NCBI GenBank assembly: GCA_026710875.1 | Contig: JAPOQE010000039.1 | Coordinates: 1-48,982 of the forward strand | Direction: 5' to 3' | Origin: Gammaproteobacteria bacterium | GTDB taxonomy: Bacteria; Pseudomonadota; Gammaproteobacteria; UBA4575 | DNA: 48,982 bases | Shown: piece after piece, positions 1 through 10,672 of the stretch | Numbering within the stretch: position 1 is the stretch's first letter | Layout: the number at the start of each line of letters is the position of its first letter | Translations under genes and position numbers: made by a program | Notes under the pieces: model-generated | What the model saw: the letters and a program-made list of their open reading frames with translations, nothing else | Told to the model about the DNA's origin: nothing | The model's database searches: none

Positions 1-323
1 CCGCTGCTGCCAGAAAGCTCCAGCCCCAGGTCCCCCATGCCCTGGCCGATGGAAAGCTCGAGCCCGCTGCCGCGGTCGGTACCCAGATCAAAAACCCAGC
101 GGTCCCCGCCAATGGAATCCTTGTTACTGCAGTCATCGACCGGGTAACAGATGGTGTCCCGGTTCCAACCGGCCTGCTTCAGATCGGAAACCCAGTTCAC
201 GCCTGCACCTGCACCCACGTACCAGCCAGCACGCTGCGTATCATCCGCCATACCTGGCGCACTGAGCAAAGCGCCAAGTCCCAACAGGGCGATACCGCTT
301 TTCGCTTTTGATACCCACTTCAC
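1..323 (-). CDS. Outer-membrane beta-barrel protein, N-terminal part (runs off the window)
   Basis: Not in the ORF track. GTG start at 323 after a strong SD (AAGGAGGT); reads MKWVSKAKSGIALLGLGALLSAPGMA-DDTQRAGWYVGAGAGVNW..., a signal peptide followed by the GWYVGAGAG first strand typical of OmpA/OmpW-like barrels; open to the window edge. Confidence 0.7.
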   Translation of the reverse strand, partial: MKWVSKAKSGIALLGLGALLSAPGMADDTQRAGWYVGAGAGVNWVSDLKQAGWNRDTICYPVDDCSNKDSIGGDRWVFDLGTDRGSGLELSIGQGMGDLGLELSGSS

Positions 324-489
324 TTGCCACCTCCTTCCTTTGATGACTGTATTGCTTTCACTGCAGGCTGAATGAGCCGGCAACTCATTTTCATCGTAAT
401 GGAGCACCTTCGGGGAATCAACTTTGCCTGGCAGGCCTTTTACGAAGGAACCGATGTTGATTTCCGTAGGCTTTACCGGTCTTGAAAGC

Positions 490-2154
490 TCATGCCGCTC
501 GCATGGGTGGAACCAGTTTGGGAACCGCACTCAGCAGTCGTTTCGTATACTCGTGCTGCGGGTCGGTCAGCACCTGTTCCACCCCTCCTTGCTCGACAAT
601 CTTGCCCTGGTACATCACTGCGACACGATCTGCAAAATACGCGACCACGGACATGTTATGGGTGATAAACAGGTAGCTGATTCCGTACTGTTCCTGCAGT
701 TGATTGAGGAGATCGAGAATCTGTGCCTGCACGGAGACATCCAGTGCACTGGTGGGCTCATCGCAGATGATGATTTTTGGATTCACGGCCAGTGCACGTG
801 CAATGCAGATTCGCTGGCGCTGACCGCCGGAGAATTCATGTGGATAACGCAAATGGGCGTCCTCGTCCAGCCCGACCTGTTTCAACAGTTCCAGTACGCG
901 GTCTCTGCGCGCCTGCGGATCCGTAATCACGCTCAGGGCCTTGATTCCTTCTTCGATGATCTGACCGACCAGCATGCGCGGATTCATTGACGAATAGGGG
1001 TCTTGAAAAACGATCTGCAGGTTGGCGCGCTGTTCCAGCAATTGGCTCTGATCAATTTCGTGCAGGCGCAGTCCCCGATAGGTTACCTCCCCAAGAGTCG
1101 GCTGTATCAGCCGCAAGATGCCCTTGCCGACCGTTGTCTTGCCGCTGCCAGACTCGCCTACCAGCGCAACTGTTTTTCCTGGTGGAATTTCCAGGGATAC
1201 CCCGTCCACGGCCTTGACGTAGCCGACCGTGCGCTTGAAGATGCCCTTGCGGATGGGGAAGTGCACGGCGAGATCGCGAACCCTCAACGTGTCATCTTTC
1301 GTGATGCCGGTGTTGGCTGGCTTGTCCGGGAGATGGTTTTGCCCGAGCAACGGCCGACCCCGTTTTTCCATTGCCGGCAGGGCGGCAAAAAGATCCCAGC
1401 TGTACGCATGCTTGGGGTCAGAAAAGAACACCTCATTACTGGACTCCTCCACGATCACTCCATCCTTCATCACTGCGACATGATCGGCAACCTGCTTCAC
1501 CACGGCCAGATCATGCGTGATAAAGAGGATCGCCATCCCGAAACGCTCACGCAGATCATTAATCAGGCCCAGGACTTGCGCCTGGATTGTGACATCCAGC
1601 GCGGTCGTGGGCTCATCGGCAATCAACAGCCGGGGTTCACAGGCCAGTGCGATGGCGATCATGACCCGCTGCTTCATGCCACCGGAAAGTTCATGTGCAT
1701 AGGTGTCGATGGTGTAATCAGGCTTCGGAATCCTGACCGCCTCAAGCAGGTCCAGGGCACGCTCGCGGGCCTCCCGTGCAGACAGGTTGCGGTGGCGCAT
1801 CAGTACTTCCGAAATCTGCCGACCCACCTTCAGGACCGGATTCAGGGACGTCATCGGTTCCTGGAATATCATGGAGATGCCGCGCCCGCGGATATTGCGC
1901 ATTTCGCGTTCCGGTAGCGCTAGCAGATCCTGACCTTCAAAATGAATACTGCCCGATGTCAGGCGCGCAGCTTCTGGCAGCAAGCGGATGACCGACAGCG
2001 CAGTCACGGATTTGCCGCTGCCTGACTCCCCTACCAGCGCGAAGGTCTGCCCTTCGCGAATATCGAAGCTGATGCAGTTGACCGCAGTGACGGTGCGCCG
2101 AGTGCTTCTGAATTCTGTCGTCAGATTGCGAACCTGTAAGAGAATCTTGGACAT
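490..2154 (-). CDS. Dipeptide/oligopeptide-type ABC transporter ATP-binding protein (two fused NBDs)
   Basis: Two Walker A motifs (GESGSGKS/T), signatures LSGGMKQR and FSGGQRQR, DEPT Walker B twice. Confidence 0.95.
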   Translation of the reverse strand: MSKILLQVRNLTTEFRSTRRTVTAVNCISFDIREGQTFALVGESGSGKSVTALSVIRLLPEAARLTSGSIHFEGQDLLALPEREMRNIRGRGISMIFQEPMTSLNPVLKVGRQISEVLMRHRNLSAREARERALDLLEAVRIPKPDYTIDTYAHELSGGMKQRVMIAIALACEPRLLIADEPTTALDVTIQAQVLGLINDLRERFGMAILFITHDLAVVKQVADHVAVMKDGVIVEESSNEVFFSDPKHAYSWDLFAALPAMEKRGRPLLGQNHLPDKPANTGITKDDTLRVRDLAVHFPIRKGIFKRTVGYVKAVDGVSLEIPPGKTVALVGESGSGKTTVGKGILRLIQPTLGEVTYRGLRLHEIDQSQLLEQRANLQIVFQDPYSSMNPRMLVGQIIEEGIKALSVITDPQARRDRVLELLKQVGLDEDAHLRYPHEFSGGQRQRICIARALAVNPKIIICDEPTSALDVSVQAQILDLLNQLQEQYGISYLFITHNMSVVAYFADRVAVMYQGKIVEQGGVEQVLTDPQHEYTKRLLSAVPKLVPPMRAA

Positions 2155-2156
2155 GA

Positions 2157-3572
2157 TTACCTGGATGTGCGTGGGTCGAGTGCGTCACGGACGACATCCG
2201 CAAACAGGTTGGCGAACAACACCAGTGTGAACATGAAAAACAACGAAGCGGCAAGCGACCACCATACGATGGGTTCGCGTGCCATCTCCAAGCGGGCACT
2301 GTTGATCATGTTCCCCCAGCTGTTCATGGTCGGGTCCACGCCGATGTTGATGTAGGACAACACCGCCTCCGCGAGCACCAGCCCGCTGAAATCAAGCACC
2401 AGCGTGATCAGTACGATGTGCATCACGTTGGGCAGGATGTGACGGAATATGGTCTGCATCGAGCCGACCCCGAACGCTGTGGCAGCCTGTACGTAGTCCA
2501 CCGCCCGCAACTTCAGCGTCTCTGCACGCAGCAGGCGACACAGGCCAGTCCAGCTGGTCAGCCCGAGAATCAGACACAGGAACAGCAGGCGCATGTCCGC
2601 ACGTTGGGTCAGACTGGCGAACGCCTCCGCATGCTTGCTCATGTACACGTTCAGCATGAGCACGGCAGCTGCAATCAGCAATACGCCCGGTACCGAATTA
2701 AGGGTCGTGTAGAGATACTGGATCAGGTCATCGATCCAGCCACGGAAAAAACCGGCCATGATCCCCAGCGTGATGGCAAAAGGTAGCATCAACAGGGTCG
2801 TTAATGTGCCGATCACCACACCGGTACGAATGCTTTTGAGTGCCTGGTACAGGACATCTTCACCCACCTTGTCGGTACCCAGCACGTGGTATTTTGAAGC
2901 CCACTCCGCACCAACCAGCAATACCAGCAATACCACTCCAAGCGTCAGGCTCAAAGTCCTCCAGGGCATGCCCGAACGGTTGTCAAACAGACTGCGAAAC
3001 GTTGCAGTAAAGGTTTGCGCACTCCTTACGGACAGGTACAGTGCCAGCAGCAGCAACACCATCATCCATACGAATACGGCCTTGAGTGCACCCGTTATCG
3101 CAAGACTGAGCACGTCTGTCACTTTCTCAGTCTGGGGGTCCTCCAGGTGGGATGCTCCCCAGGAAAGTCGCGGATACACACGCTGCCGTGTGCCATCCGC
3201 CATTTGCACGGTTTCCTTGGCATACAAGTGAGTGGCGAATGGCGCCGAATAGGTCTTTTCGGTACTTTTCCGAATGTCCGAAACCAGCTGATCGAAAACG
3301 CTGATCACCTCGCCGCTGTACTGCACCTTTTCGGAGTTGGTGGTGTGATTTTCCAGCATGGGGTGGAAGTGCAGCGAGTCAAGCAATGCGATTGCCACAT
3401 AGACCGACAGCACGATCATGGAAATGATGCCGGCCCTGCTGCGCACTACCTGGCCCCAGGGTTGGCGCAGATGCGGTTTACGCATGGCATAGACGAAAAA
3501 CGAGACAATACTCAACACCAGCACAAAGATCAGGATGTCTGTCAAAAGAAAAACTGGCTTGCCGGGCAACAT
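2157..3572 (-). CDS. Peptide ABC transporter permease (OppC/DppC-like)
   Basis: LGTDKVGED motif, EAA-like loop (YVQAATAFG...RHILPN), multiple TM segments, operon context. Confidence 0.92.
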   Translation of the reverse strand: MLPGKPVFLLTDILIFVLVLSIVSFFVYAMRKPHLRQPWGQVVRSRAGIISMIVLSVYVAIALLDSLHFHPMLENHTTNSEKVQYSGEVISVFDQLVSDIRKSTEKTYSAPFATHLYAKETVQMADGTRQRVYPRLSWGASHLEDPQTEKVTDVLSLAITGALKAVFVWMMVLLLLALYLSVRSAQTFTATFRSLFDNRSGMPWRTLSLTLGVVLLVLLVGAEWASKYHVLGTDKVGEDVLYQALKSIRTGVVIGTLTTLLMLPFAITLGIMAGFFRGWIDDLIQYLYTTLNSVPGVLLIAAAVLMLNVYMSKHAEAFASLTQRADMRLLFLCLILGLTSWTGLCRLLRAETLKLRAVDYVQAATAFGVGSMQTIFRHILPNVMHIVLITLVLDFSGLVLAEAVLSYINIGVDPTMNSWGNMINSARLEMAREPIVWWSLAASLFFMFTLVLFANLFADVVRDALDPRTSR

Positions 3573-3574
3573 GT

Positions 3575-4552
3575 TCAGCTGAGCCTCACCCTGGGGTCGA
3601 CGATGGTGTAAGAGATATCCGTCAGCAGCAAGCCGATGATGTACAACACCGCGCCCAGGAAAACCATGGAACGCACAATCGCAAAGTCTTGCCGGTTAAT
3701 CGCATCAATGGTGTAGCTACCGAGTCCCGGGATGCCGAAGAACGATTCGGTGATCAGGCTGCCCATGAACAGAAGCGGCAAAATAACCACCACGCCGGTA
3801 AGGATCGGAATCAGTGCATTGCGCAGCACGTGCCGGAACAGCACGGTCTGCTCCGCGATCCCCTTGGCACGCACAGTGCGTACATAGTCCTTGTTCATTT
3901 CCTCGAGGAAGATCGTGCGATACCAGCGTGTGCTTGAACCGATGCCGCCGAACACACCAATCAGTACGGGAAGGATCAGGAACTTGACTCCAAAGAGACC
4001 GCTTTCGAACCCGGAAATCGGGACAACCCGCAAAAGCTTGCCCATGACGAACTGCCCGCCAATAATGTAAAAAAGGCTGGAAATCGACATCAGTGCCACG
4101 CAGATCACCACGGCCCAGTAGTCAATGTACGTGGCGCGGAAAAAGGCAATAAGCAAGGCAAAAGTAATCGCCAACAGCAAGCCGATAAGCAGTTGAGGGA
4201 CGGCGATTGCGAGGCTCGGCCACATCCGCTGGCTGATGTCGTAGCTGATATCCCGTCCGCTGTCGGAACGTCCGAAATCGAAAACAAACAAACGCAGGGA
4301 CTTGGTGTAGAAAATGGTTTCCTTGAAGCTGTCCATGCCCTGCTCTTGTGCATTGTAGAAAAGCGGGTTGTGGTAGCCACGTTCTGCCTTCCAGTCCTCG
4401 ACCTGCGCCTCGGTTACATGTTTTTGTCCGAGGAACATGCGCGCCATGTCGTCCGGTGTATTGACCACGAAAAACAGCAGGAACGTAAGGATGTTGACTC
4501 CCACGAGAATCGGGATGGCGTACAGGGCACGACGAACAATGTAAGCAATCAT
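3575..4552 (-). CDS. Peptide ABC transporter permease (OppB/DppB-like)
   Basis: MIAYIVRR N-terminus, DFGRS, DYVRTVRAKG...HVLRNA, DPRVR C-terminus. Confidence 0.93.
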   Translation of the reverse strand: MIAYIVRRALYAIPILVGVNILTFLLFFVVNTPDDMARMFLGQKHVTEAQVEDWKAERGYHNPLFYNAQEQGMDSFKETIFYTKSLRLFVFDFGRSDSGRDISYDISQRMWPSLAIAVPQLLIGLLLAITFALLIAFFRATYIDYWAVVICVALMSISSLFYIIGGQFVMGKLLRVVPISGFESGLFGVKFLILPVLIGVFGGIGSSTRWYRTIFLEEMNKDYVRTVRAKGIAEQTVLFRHVLRNALIPILTGVVVILPLLFMGSLITESFFGIPGLGSYTIDAINRQDFAIVRSMVFLGAVLYIIGLLLTDISYTIVDPRVRLS

Positions 4553-6705
4553 TTCAGGGTACTGTGCTCACGCCGGTAAAATCCGAACACTGCCGGGATA
4601 AAGGAGGCCAGCAACAGTACGAACAGGATGATCAGGGGCCAATAATTCGGACGATTCCATTCTGCTCGTTTCCTGTCCCTATGCTCGCCGTCCACGCGCT
4701 TGTATTTGAGCAGATTATTGGCCATCAGATTGGGTTTGACATTCTTGTACCAGTCGTGAAAAAGCGAAAATGCCTTGGGATGGTGTCCCCACAGCCAGGG
4801 GGCGTCGCGCTGCAGTATCTGTGTCATCTGCCGGATGATTTCCAGCCTCGCAGACCCATTTTCAATATTCTTCATCTGTTCAAACAGGCGGTCAAACTCC
4901 GGGTTCTGGTAATTCGCAGTGTTCTCGCCGCTGTGCTTCACCTTGGCATTCGGCCCGTACAGAAGGAAGAAAAAATTCTCGGGATCCGGATAGTCCGCGT
5001 TCCAGCCCCACTGGAATATCTGCCCGGTCCCCTTGCGCATTTTCTCCTGGAAGCGGTTGTAGTCAGTCGCACGGATCACCAGCTGGATGCCAAGTTTCTG
5101 ATATTGCTTTCTCAACCAGTTGAAATGAGCCTTGGCCCCGGGTCCGGCACCGGGTGTATCAAAATACAGGATCAGCGGCTTACCGGATGCGTGATCAAAG
5201 CCATCCACGTACCCGGCTAGGGCCATCAGTTGTCTGGCTTCCTCGATATCCTTTCTTTTGGGTTCTCCATCCACCCACTCGTAAACGTATGGGTTGATGC
5301 CCGCCTCGCCCCCGATGTTACCAAAAATTCCAGGGGGCACCGGACCTTGCGCCGGGATTCCCCGGCCATTGGCAAAGATGGAAATATATTCCTCGTAATC
5401 TACCGCAATAGAAATGGCCCGGCGCAGCAGGCGCGCACGTTCGGAGTCACCGCCAACCACCGGGTCCATCATGTTAAAGCCCATGTACAGAATGGAGGCC
5501 GTCACAGAGGTCTCCAGCTGGATATCCTTCTCCTGCATCAGTTCGGTTAACTGAACATCGCCCTGTGAGCCGAACTGGATGGCCTGGTCGAAGCTGTCTG
5601 AACTGACCCCTGAGGCATCATAGTAGCCCTGCAGGAACTTGTTCCAGTACGGGATATTCTCTTTCTCCAGACTGAAGACCGCCCTGTCCAGGAGGGGTAG
5701 AGCTTTGCCTGCATCGTCCAGGAGCCCCTTTTCCCGATCCTGTGCCTCGCCATGGGAGGGGTACAGTTCCCCGTGAAAGTTCGGGTTTTTCTCCATCACC
5801 ATGCGCAGATTTGGATTGTTTTCTGTCAGCATGAAAGGACCGGTGCCTACCGGGTACCAGTTCAGTATAATATTTCGCTCCTCCATCCCCTGCTGGCTGT
5901 AAAACTTTTCAGCCTCCCACGGCATCGGGGCAAAAAACGGCATGGCAAGCCAATACACCAGTTGCGGGTACTGTCCTTCGATCCGGATGCGGTAGGTATA
6001 ACGGTCATCCACCGACAAGCCAACAAAATCAATCTCCCTCAAATCCTGCCAGACACCCTTCGGGCTATCTTTGTAACGCTCGCTTACCTGCTTTCTGAAG
6101 GTGTCGAAGCCGACAATGTACTCGCGCATGACCCCGGCAATGGGAGAGTGCAGATAAGGGCTGGCAATGCGCTTGATCTGGTATACGTAGTCCGCCGCAG
6201 TGAGTTCACGGGTACCGTTCATCGTGAAATCACCCAGCACATTGATGCCTTCCAGATCATCGGTCCCCAGGTCCAGATAGCGGGCATTGCCTTCATCATC
6301 CTTTGCCAGGGCCGGGTGGGGCTGGTAGTGGATGCCCGGCTGAATGCTCACAATATATTCGGTAAAGGCGATGGGTTCATCACGCTCCCAGGATACCGGC
6401 CGACCGGCAGCGTTCAGATAGCGTACCTGAGGCAGGCGTGTAGCTGTAAGGGGAATCAGTTTGTAGGGCCGAACAAGATAGTGGTACTGCAGGGGCGGCT
6501 CGTAGATCTGTGCGATAAACTGGTACTCATTGGAGCTGTAGGACCGTACCGGGTCGAGGTGTTTGGGCCGTTCACTGAATGATGAATACATCACATTCGA
6601 GGTTTCTTCGCCATCCGGGTAAGGATTGTTCCAAGCTCCTTCGCTGCATGCCCCGAGCAGGCAGGCTATAATCGCCGGAAACCAAAGGACGAGACGGTTG
6701 TTCAC
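4549..6705 (-). CDS. ABC transporter substrate-binding lipoprotein, family 5
   Basis: Lipobox LLGAC; LDP, GTGPF and WNADYPDPENF family-5 motifs. Start moved to GTG 6705 (6711 also possible) because a minus-strand TATAAT at 6754-6759 lies inside the ORF-track extension. Confidence 0.88.
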   Translation of the reverse strand: MNNRLVLWFPAIIACLLGACSEGAWNNPYPDGEETSNVMYSSFSERPKHLDPVRSYSSNEYQFIAQIYEPPLQYHYLVRPYKLIPLTATRLPQVRYLNAAGRPVSWERDEPIAFTEYIVSIQPGIHYQPHPALAKDDEGNARYLDLGTDDLEGINVLGDFTMNGTRELTAADYVYQIKRIASPYLHSPIAGVMREYIVGFDTFRKQVSERYKDSPKGVWQDLREIDFVGLSVDDRYTYRIRIEGQYPQLVYWLAMPFFAPMPWEAEKFYSQQGMEERNIILNWYPVGTGPFMLTENNPNLRMVMEKNPNFHGELYPSHGEAQDREKGLLDDAGKALPLLDRAVFSLEKENIPYWNKFLQGYYDASGVSSDSFDQAIQFGSQGDVQLTELMQEKDIQLETSVTASILYMGFNMMDPVVGGDSERARLLRRAISIAVDYEEYISIFANGRGIPAQGPVPPGIFGNIGGEAGINPYVYEWVDGEPKRKDIEEARQLMALAGYVDGFDHASGKPLILYFDTPGAGPGAKAHFNWLRKQYQKLGIQLVIRATDYNRFQEKMRKGTGQIFQWGWNADYPDPENFFFLLYGPNAKVKHSGENTANYQNPEFDRLFEQMKNIENGSARLEIIRQMTQILQRDAPWLWGHHPKAFSLFHDWYKNVKPNLMANNLLKYKRVDGEHRDRKRAEWNRPNYWPLIILFVLLLASFIPAVFGFYRREHSTLK

Positions 6706-6843
6706 GTGCACACTATCACTTGGGCAATCATGGATATTTTCCTCTGGGCGGGCATTATAGACGTCCTTGGGTAAGAATAATTCAGTCTGACGCTCAGGCA
6801 CCTACCGTACTTGACCTATCGGGCCACAGACAAGGGAGTAAAA

Positions 6844-7629
6844 ATGGGATTTCTGGCAGGAAAACGAGCCTTGATCATCGGCATTGCAAGTAACCGGTCC
6901 ATTGCCTGGGGAATCGCTGAGGCGATGCGGCGCGAAGGGGCCGAACTGGTGTTCACGTACCAGAACGAAAAACTCAAGGCCCGGGTGGAAAAATTTGCCG
7001 GCGAATGTGGTGCCAAGGCGACCTTGCCCTGTGACCTGGAAAACGACGATGAGATTACCGGGCTGTTTGATGCGCTGGGAGAAATCTGGGATGGCCTCGA
7101 CATCCTGGTTCACTCGGCAGCGTTTGCGCCAAGAGATGAGCTTGCAGGAGACTTTGTCGATGTGACCACCCGCGAGGGCTCGAAAATCGCCCACGACATC
7201 AGCAGCTACAGCTTGACGGCATTAGGCAAGGCGGCGCGCCCCATGATGCGTGGACGCAGTGGAGCCATCCTCTCGCTGACGTACATGGGCTCGGTACGTG
7301 CCATGCCAAGCTACAACGTGATGGGTCTGGCCAAGGCCAGCCTGGAAGCCAACATACGGTACATGGCGTATGCCCTGGGCCCGGAAGGGATCCGTGTCAA
7401 TGGCGTATCGGCAGGCCCCATTCGTACCCTCGCGGCGGCAGGTATCGCAGATTTTCGCAAGATGCTGGATCATGTCGAGCAGAATGCGCCCCTTCGTAAA
7501 AACGTCACCATCGAGGAGGTAGGAAATACGGCAGCATTCCTGTGCTCCGATTTGGCAAGCGGAATCACGGGCGAGATCACCTATGTCGATGCAGGGTTCA
7601 ATATCATCGGGATGTCGGGCTACAGCTGA
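6844..7629 (+). CDS. fabI: Enoyl-ACP reductase (NADH)
   Basis: [37 protein letters not shown] (catalytic Y/K), [10 protein letters not shown]; SD AAGGGAG before ATG 6844. Confidence 0.97.
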   Translation: MGFLAGKRALIIGIASNRSIAWGIAEAMRREGAELVFTYQNEKLKARVEKFAGECGAKATLPCDLENDDEITGLFDALGEIWDGLDILVHSAAFAPRDELAGDFVDVTTREGSKIAHDISSYSLTALGKAARPMMRGRSGAILSLTYMGSVRAMPSYNVMGLAKASLEANIRYMAYALGPEGIRVNGVSAGPIRTLAAAGIADFRKMLDHVEQNAPLRKNVTIEEVGNTAAFLCSDLASGITGEITYVDAGFNIIGMSGYS

Positions 7630-7704
7630 TCAGGGGTCGCTGCGCACCGCACCTACACTGGAGACGTGGTCAGGGCATTGTAAGACCAGGACCCGCCGGA
7701 TGGA

Positions 7705-9609
7705 CTAGAGGTTGCTCTCAAATACCTGCACGTCAAATTCATCCTTGATGGACTGCAAAACTGCGCTGTATTCACGACGACCATAATTTACGCGTTGGGA
7801 CAGTTGCAGAGCTTGTGCCTTATCCAGCGTACCTGTCCCGTCAATGATCGAATGCAGCTCCAACAGGGCAAAACTGCCATCGTCCAGTGCAAGCCCACTA
7901 ACCGATGTCCCTCCTGAACCTGGACGAGAAAGCGTGAAGGCCAAATTCATGATCTCAGTCGGGACACGTTCGTCATCACGGCGCAGTGCACCATGACGGA
8001 CGCGTTCCAGGGCGTACTTGTCCGACAACTCATACAGGCCGATGCCGCCTTGCAGCTGGGCAAGTAGCTCCTCACCCGTCTCAACCGCCTGTTCCGCAGC
8101 CTTTCGAACACGCAGCTCATCGCGTATCAGTCCCGCCACATCATCCCGTGGCTTCATCTCGGATATCCTGTGTCCAAGCAAACGAAAAGCCAGAACATGC
8201 CCATTTTCAACCTCGATCAGTTCGCTGTTCAAACCCTCTTCCAGGATGTCGGGCGTAAACGCACTCAGGCGAACTTTTGGATAGCGAAAAATTCCCGTGG
8301 TAGCAGAGAAGGTGAGCCAGTCCGTTTCCTGGATTTCCAGTCCGAAGGTCTCTGCCGCATGCGTCAGTTCATCAGGTTCTTCGACCACCAGGTTGGCCAA
8401 CTCATCTGTCATTTCGAGATAGCGCGCTTGCGCCATCTGGCTTCTGCGTTCATTGACGATGTTTTCATGTACCTCGTCAAACGGCTGGCGCTGGGAATCC
8501 TGAACCTCAACCAGCTGTATGATCTGGATGCCTTGCTCGGTGCGGATCGGCTTGCTGTAGGCACCGGTACTCAGACTGAACAGGGCCTTTTCCAGCGCAT
8601 CACTGGCCAGGTCACCCGATGCGATAAAACCAATATCGCCGCCCTTATCCGCTGACAAGGTGTCTTCTGAATGCTGTTTGGCAATTTTCTCGAACGCGGT
8701 GCCCGCCTCTAGCTGGCTGTGGTACTCGTTCGCCTTGGCCATCGCCTGGTCCCATCCTGCAGCATCGTCAGCACCCTGCTCAGGCCCCCTGACCAGGATA
8801 TGGCGAGCCTTGCGCAATTCAGCCGTTACAAAACGCTCGGGCTGCTCCTGATAAATGGCAAGGGCTTCATCCTCGCTTACAGACACCTGGTCAAACAGGG
8901 CTTCCTCGGAAAGCTCAATATAGGCCAGCCTGACTTGCTCGGGGGTTTGAAACCGCGTCTGGTTTTCTCCATAAAAGTCATCGATATCCTGGTCGGAAAC
9001 CTCGACGCCCTCCGGATCGACCCGTACTTGCGCGTAGCTGAAATCCCGCCCCTGTTCGGCCAGTTTCTTGAAGCGCTGCAAATCAGCACCTGTCATGAAA
9101 GAAGAGGACGCAAGCGAGAGTTCGAACTGCCCCAGTTTTTCCTGCTCGCGAAGTTCTGCCTCGAATCGGGTCTTGTTGTAGCGTTGTGAAAACAGGATTC
9201 TCGTATACAGTTCCGGATCAAACTTCCCATCCCTTCGAAACTGCGGCACTTGCTGAATTTTCTCTGCCAGGGTTGCATCGCTGACACGAAATCCCGCTTC
9301 TGTAGCCTCCTGGCGCAGTATTTCCAGGTCCACCATTTCCTGGAGCACCTGCGTCTTGATCACACTCTCATCCGGATACTGTTGCTCAAAGCTTGCACCG
9401 AGAGTGGAACGCAACTGCTGCCTGTACTGCTGAAACTGTTCGCTGAACTCGGGGACACTGATCTCCGCATCATTCACAGCGGCCGCAGCAGGTGCACCAC
9501 CGGCACCAAAGTATTCCTGGATTCCCCACAACGCAAACGAGATTACAAGCAGCCCGATGATCACATAGGCCACAACGCTGCTTGCCCGATCCCGAATATC
9601 AATCAGCAT
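7705..9609 (-). CDS. ppiD: Peptidyl-prolyl isomerase D (SurA N-terminal plus rotamase domain)
   Basis: N-terminal TM (IISFALWGI-like), ARHILV and SEDTLSADKGGDIG rotamase motifs; usual position after hupB. Confidence 0.9.
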   Translation of the reverse strand: MLIDIRDRASSVVAYVIIGLLVISFALWGIQEYFGAGGAPAAAAVNDAEISVPEFSEQFQQYRQQLRSTLGASFEQQYPDESVIKTQVLQEMVDLEILRQEATEAGFRVSDATLAEKIQQVPQFRRDGKFDPELYTRILFSQRYNKTRFEAELREQEKLGQFELSLASSSFMTGADLQRFKKLAEQGRDFSYAQVRVDPEGVEVSDQDIDDFYGENQTRFQTPEQVRLAYIELSEEALFDQVSVSEDEALAIYQEQPERFVTAELRKARHILVRGPEQGADDAAGWDQAMAKANEYHSQLEAGTAFEKIAKQHSEDTLSADKGGDIGFIASGDLASDALEKALFSLSTGAYSKPIRTEQGIQIIQLVEVQDSQRQPFDEVHENIVNERRSQMAQARYLEMTDELANLVVEEPDELTHAAETFGLEIQETDWLTFSATTGIFRYPKVRLSAFTPDILEEGLNSELIEVENGHVLAFRLLGHRISEMKPRDDVAGLIRDELRVRKAAEQAVETGEELLAQLQGGIGLYELSDKYALERVRHGALRRDDERVPTEIMNLAFTLSRPGSGGTSVSGLALDDGSFALLELHSIIDGTGTLDKAQALQLSQRVNYGRREYSAVLQSIKDEFDVQVFESNL

Positions 9610-10006
9610 GTCCGCTTACCTGCAATGGTCTCATCTGCATTTTTCCAAAAGTATTTGTGTCGCGCATTGTAAAGGTTCTGTTCACCTGTGCGCACCCTGT
9701 TTCATGAGTTTCTCAACGAAATTCGCACCCCTGTGCATGCAGGAGTGCATCGACAACCTGTTGGGCCATGCGAAATTCAATGCCACGCTGCGGAGCCGAC
9801 ACACCATTATGGTATTTTGAAATCACCGCGCCCGATCTGCTGCACTGGGCCGTGCACGATCTTTTGGATAATGGACAACGGACCAGCGAGGATTCAACTA
9901 GTGTGGCCGGATACAGGCAGAACGGCCTGTTCCGGTGCCTCTTGGACTTGATTCGACTCGTTGAGCCTTCAGACCTGCCACAGTGCGATTTCCTGGCTCG
10001 AAACTA

Positions 10007-10083
10007 TGGCGGAGTGGACGGGATTCGAACCCGCGACCCCCGGCGTGACAGGCCGGTATTCTAACCAGCTGAACTACCACTCC
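10007..10083 (-). tRNA. tRNA-Asp(GTC)
   Basis: GGAGTGGTAGTTCAGCTGGTTAGAATACCGGCCTGTCACGCCGG...GTTCGAATCCCGTCCACTCCGCCA; cloverleaf, encoded CCA. Confidence 0.97.
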
Positions 10084-10097
10084 TATAGTAAAGCCCT

Positions 10098-10173
10098 TGG
10101 TGGGTGCTGAGGGATTCGAACCCCCGACATCCGCCTTGTAAGGGCGACGCTCTACCAGCTGAGCTAAGCACCC
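10098..10173 (-). tRNA. tRNA-Val(TAC)
   Basis: GGGTGCTTAGCTCAGCTGGTAGAGCGTCGCCCTTACAAGGCG...GTTCGAATCCCTCAGCACCCACCA. Confidence 0.97.
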
Positions 10174-10183
10174 AAAAGGCGCG

Positions 10184-10456
10184 TCAGCTTACAGCATCCT
10201 TTAGCGCTTTGCCAGCCTTGAAACTGGGAACTTTACTTGCAGAAATCTGGATTTTTTCACCGGTACGGGGGTTATGGCCTGTACGGGCATTCCGGTGCTT
10301 TACCGAAAAGGTTCCAAAGCCTACCACTGTTACGTTATCTCCTCGATTCAATGCGGCTGCAATCGAGCTGAACACTGCATCAACTGCACGTGCTCCATCA
10401 GCTTTAGAAAGCTTCGCTGCTTCGGATACTGATTCTACAAGTTCACTTTTATTCAT
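10184..10456 (-). CDS. hupB: DNA-binding protein HU
   Basis: MNKSELV...GFGTF...RTGHNPRTGEKIQI...PSFKAGKALKDAV; downstream of lon. Confidence 0.96.
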   Translation of the reverse strand: MNKSELVESVSEAAKLSKADGARAVDAVFSSIAAALNRGDNVTVVGFGTFSVKHRNARTGHNPRTGEKIQISASKVPSFKAGKALKDAVS

Positions 10457-10630
10457 TAGACTAAACTCCCCTGATTGTTAGTATGCAACCCAGACAATCG
10501 CACGTTATCGTTAAGAACTGAAGGCAGCCTGCGGACCTCATGATTAGCATACGTAACAAGCTGAGATATCATTGCTGCTGGTCGAGATATGTAATGTGCA
10601 CGTGGTTACAAAGGCATTCGAATAGGTTTT

Positions 10631-10660
10631 GTTATACCAAGTGTGTCCGAACCAAGTCAA
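10631..10660 (-). promoter_or_regulatory. Putative sigma70 promoter for hupB and the tRNAs
   Basis: Minus strand TTGACT-N18-TATAAC with extended -10 (TGgTATAAC). Confidence 0.6.
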
Positions 10661-10672
10661 TAAAACGTACAC

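Noticed and set aside
9620-10000. Small ORFs and short repeats between ppiD and tRNA-Asp
   Set aside because: Only 8-10-bp imperfect repeats and motif-less ORFs; no supportable feature
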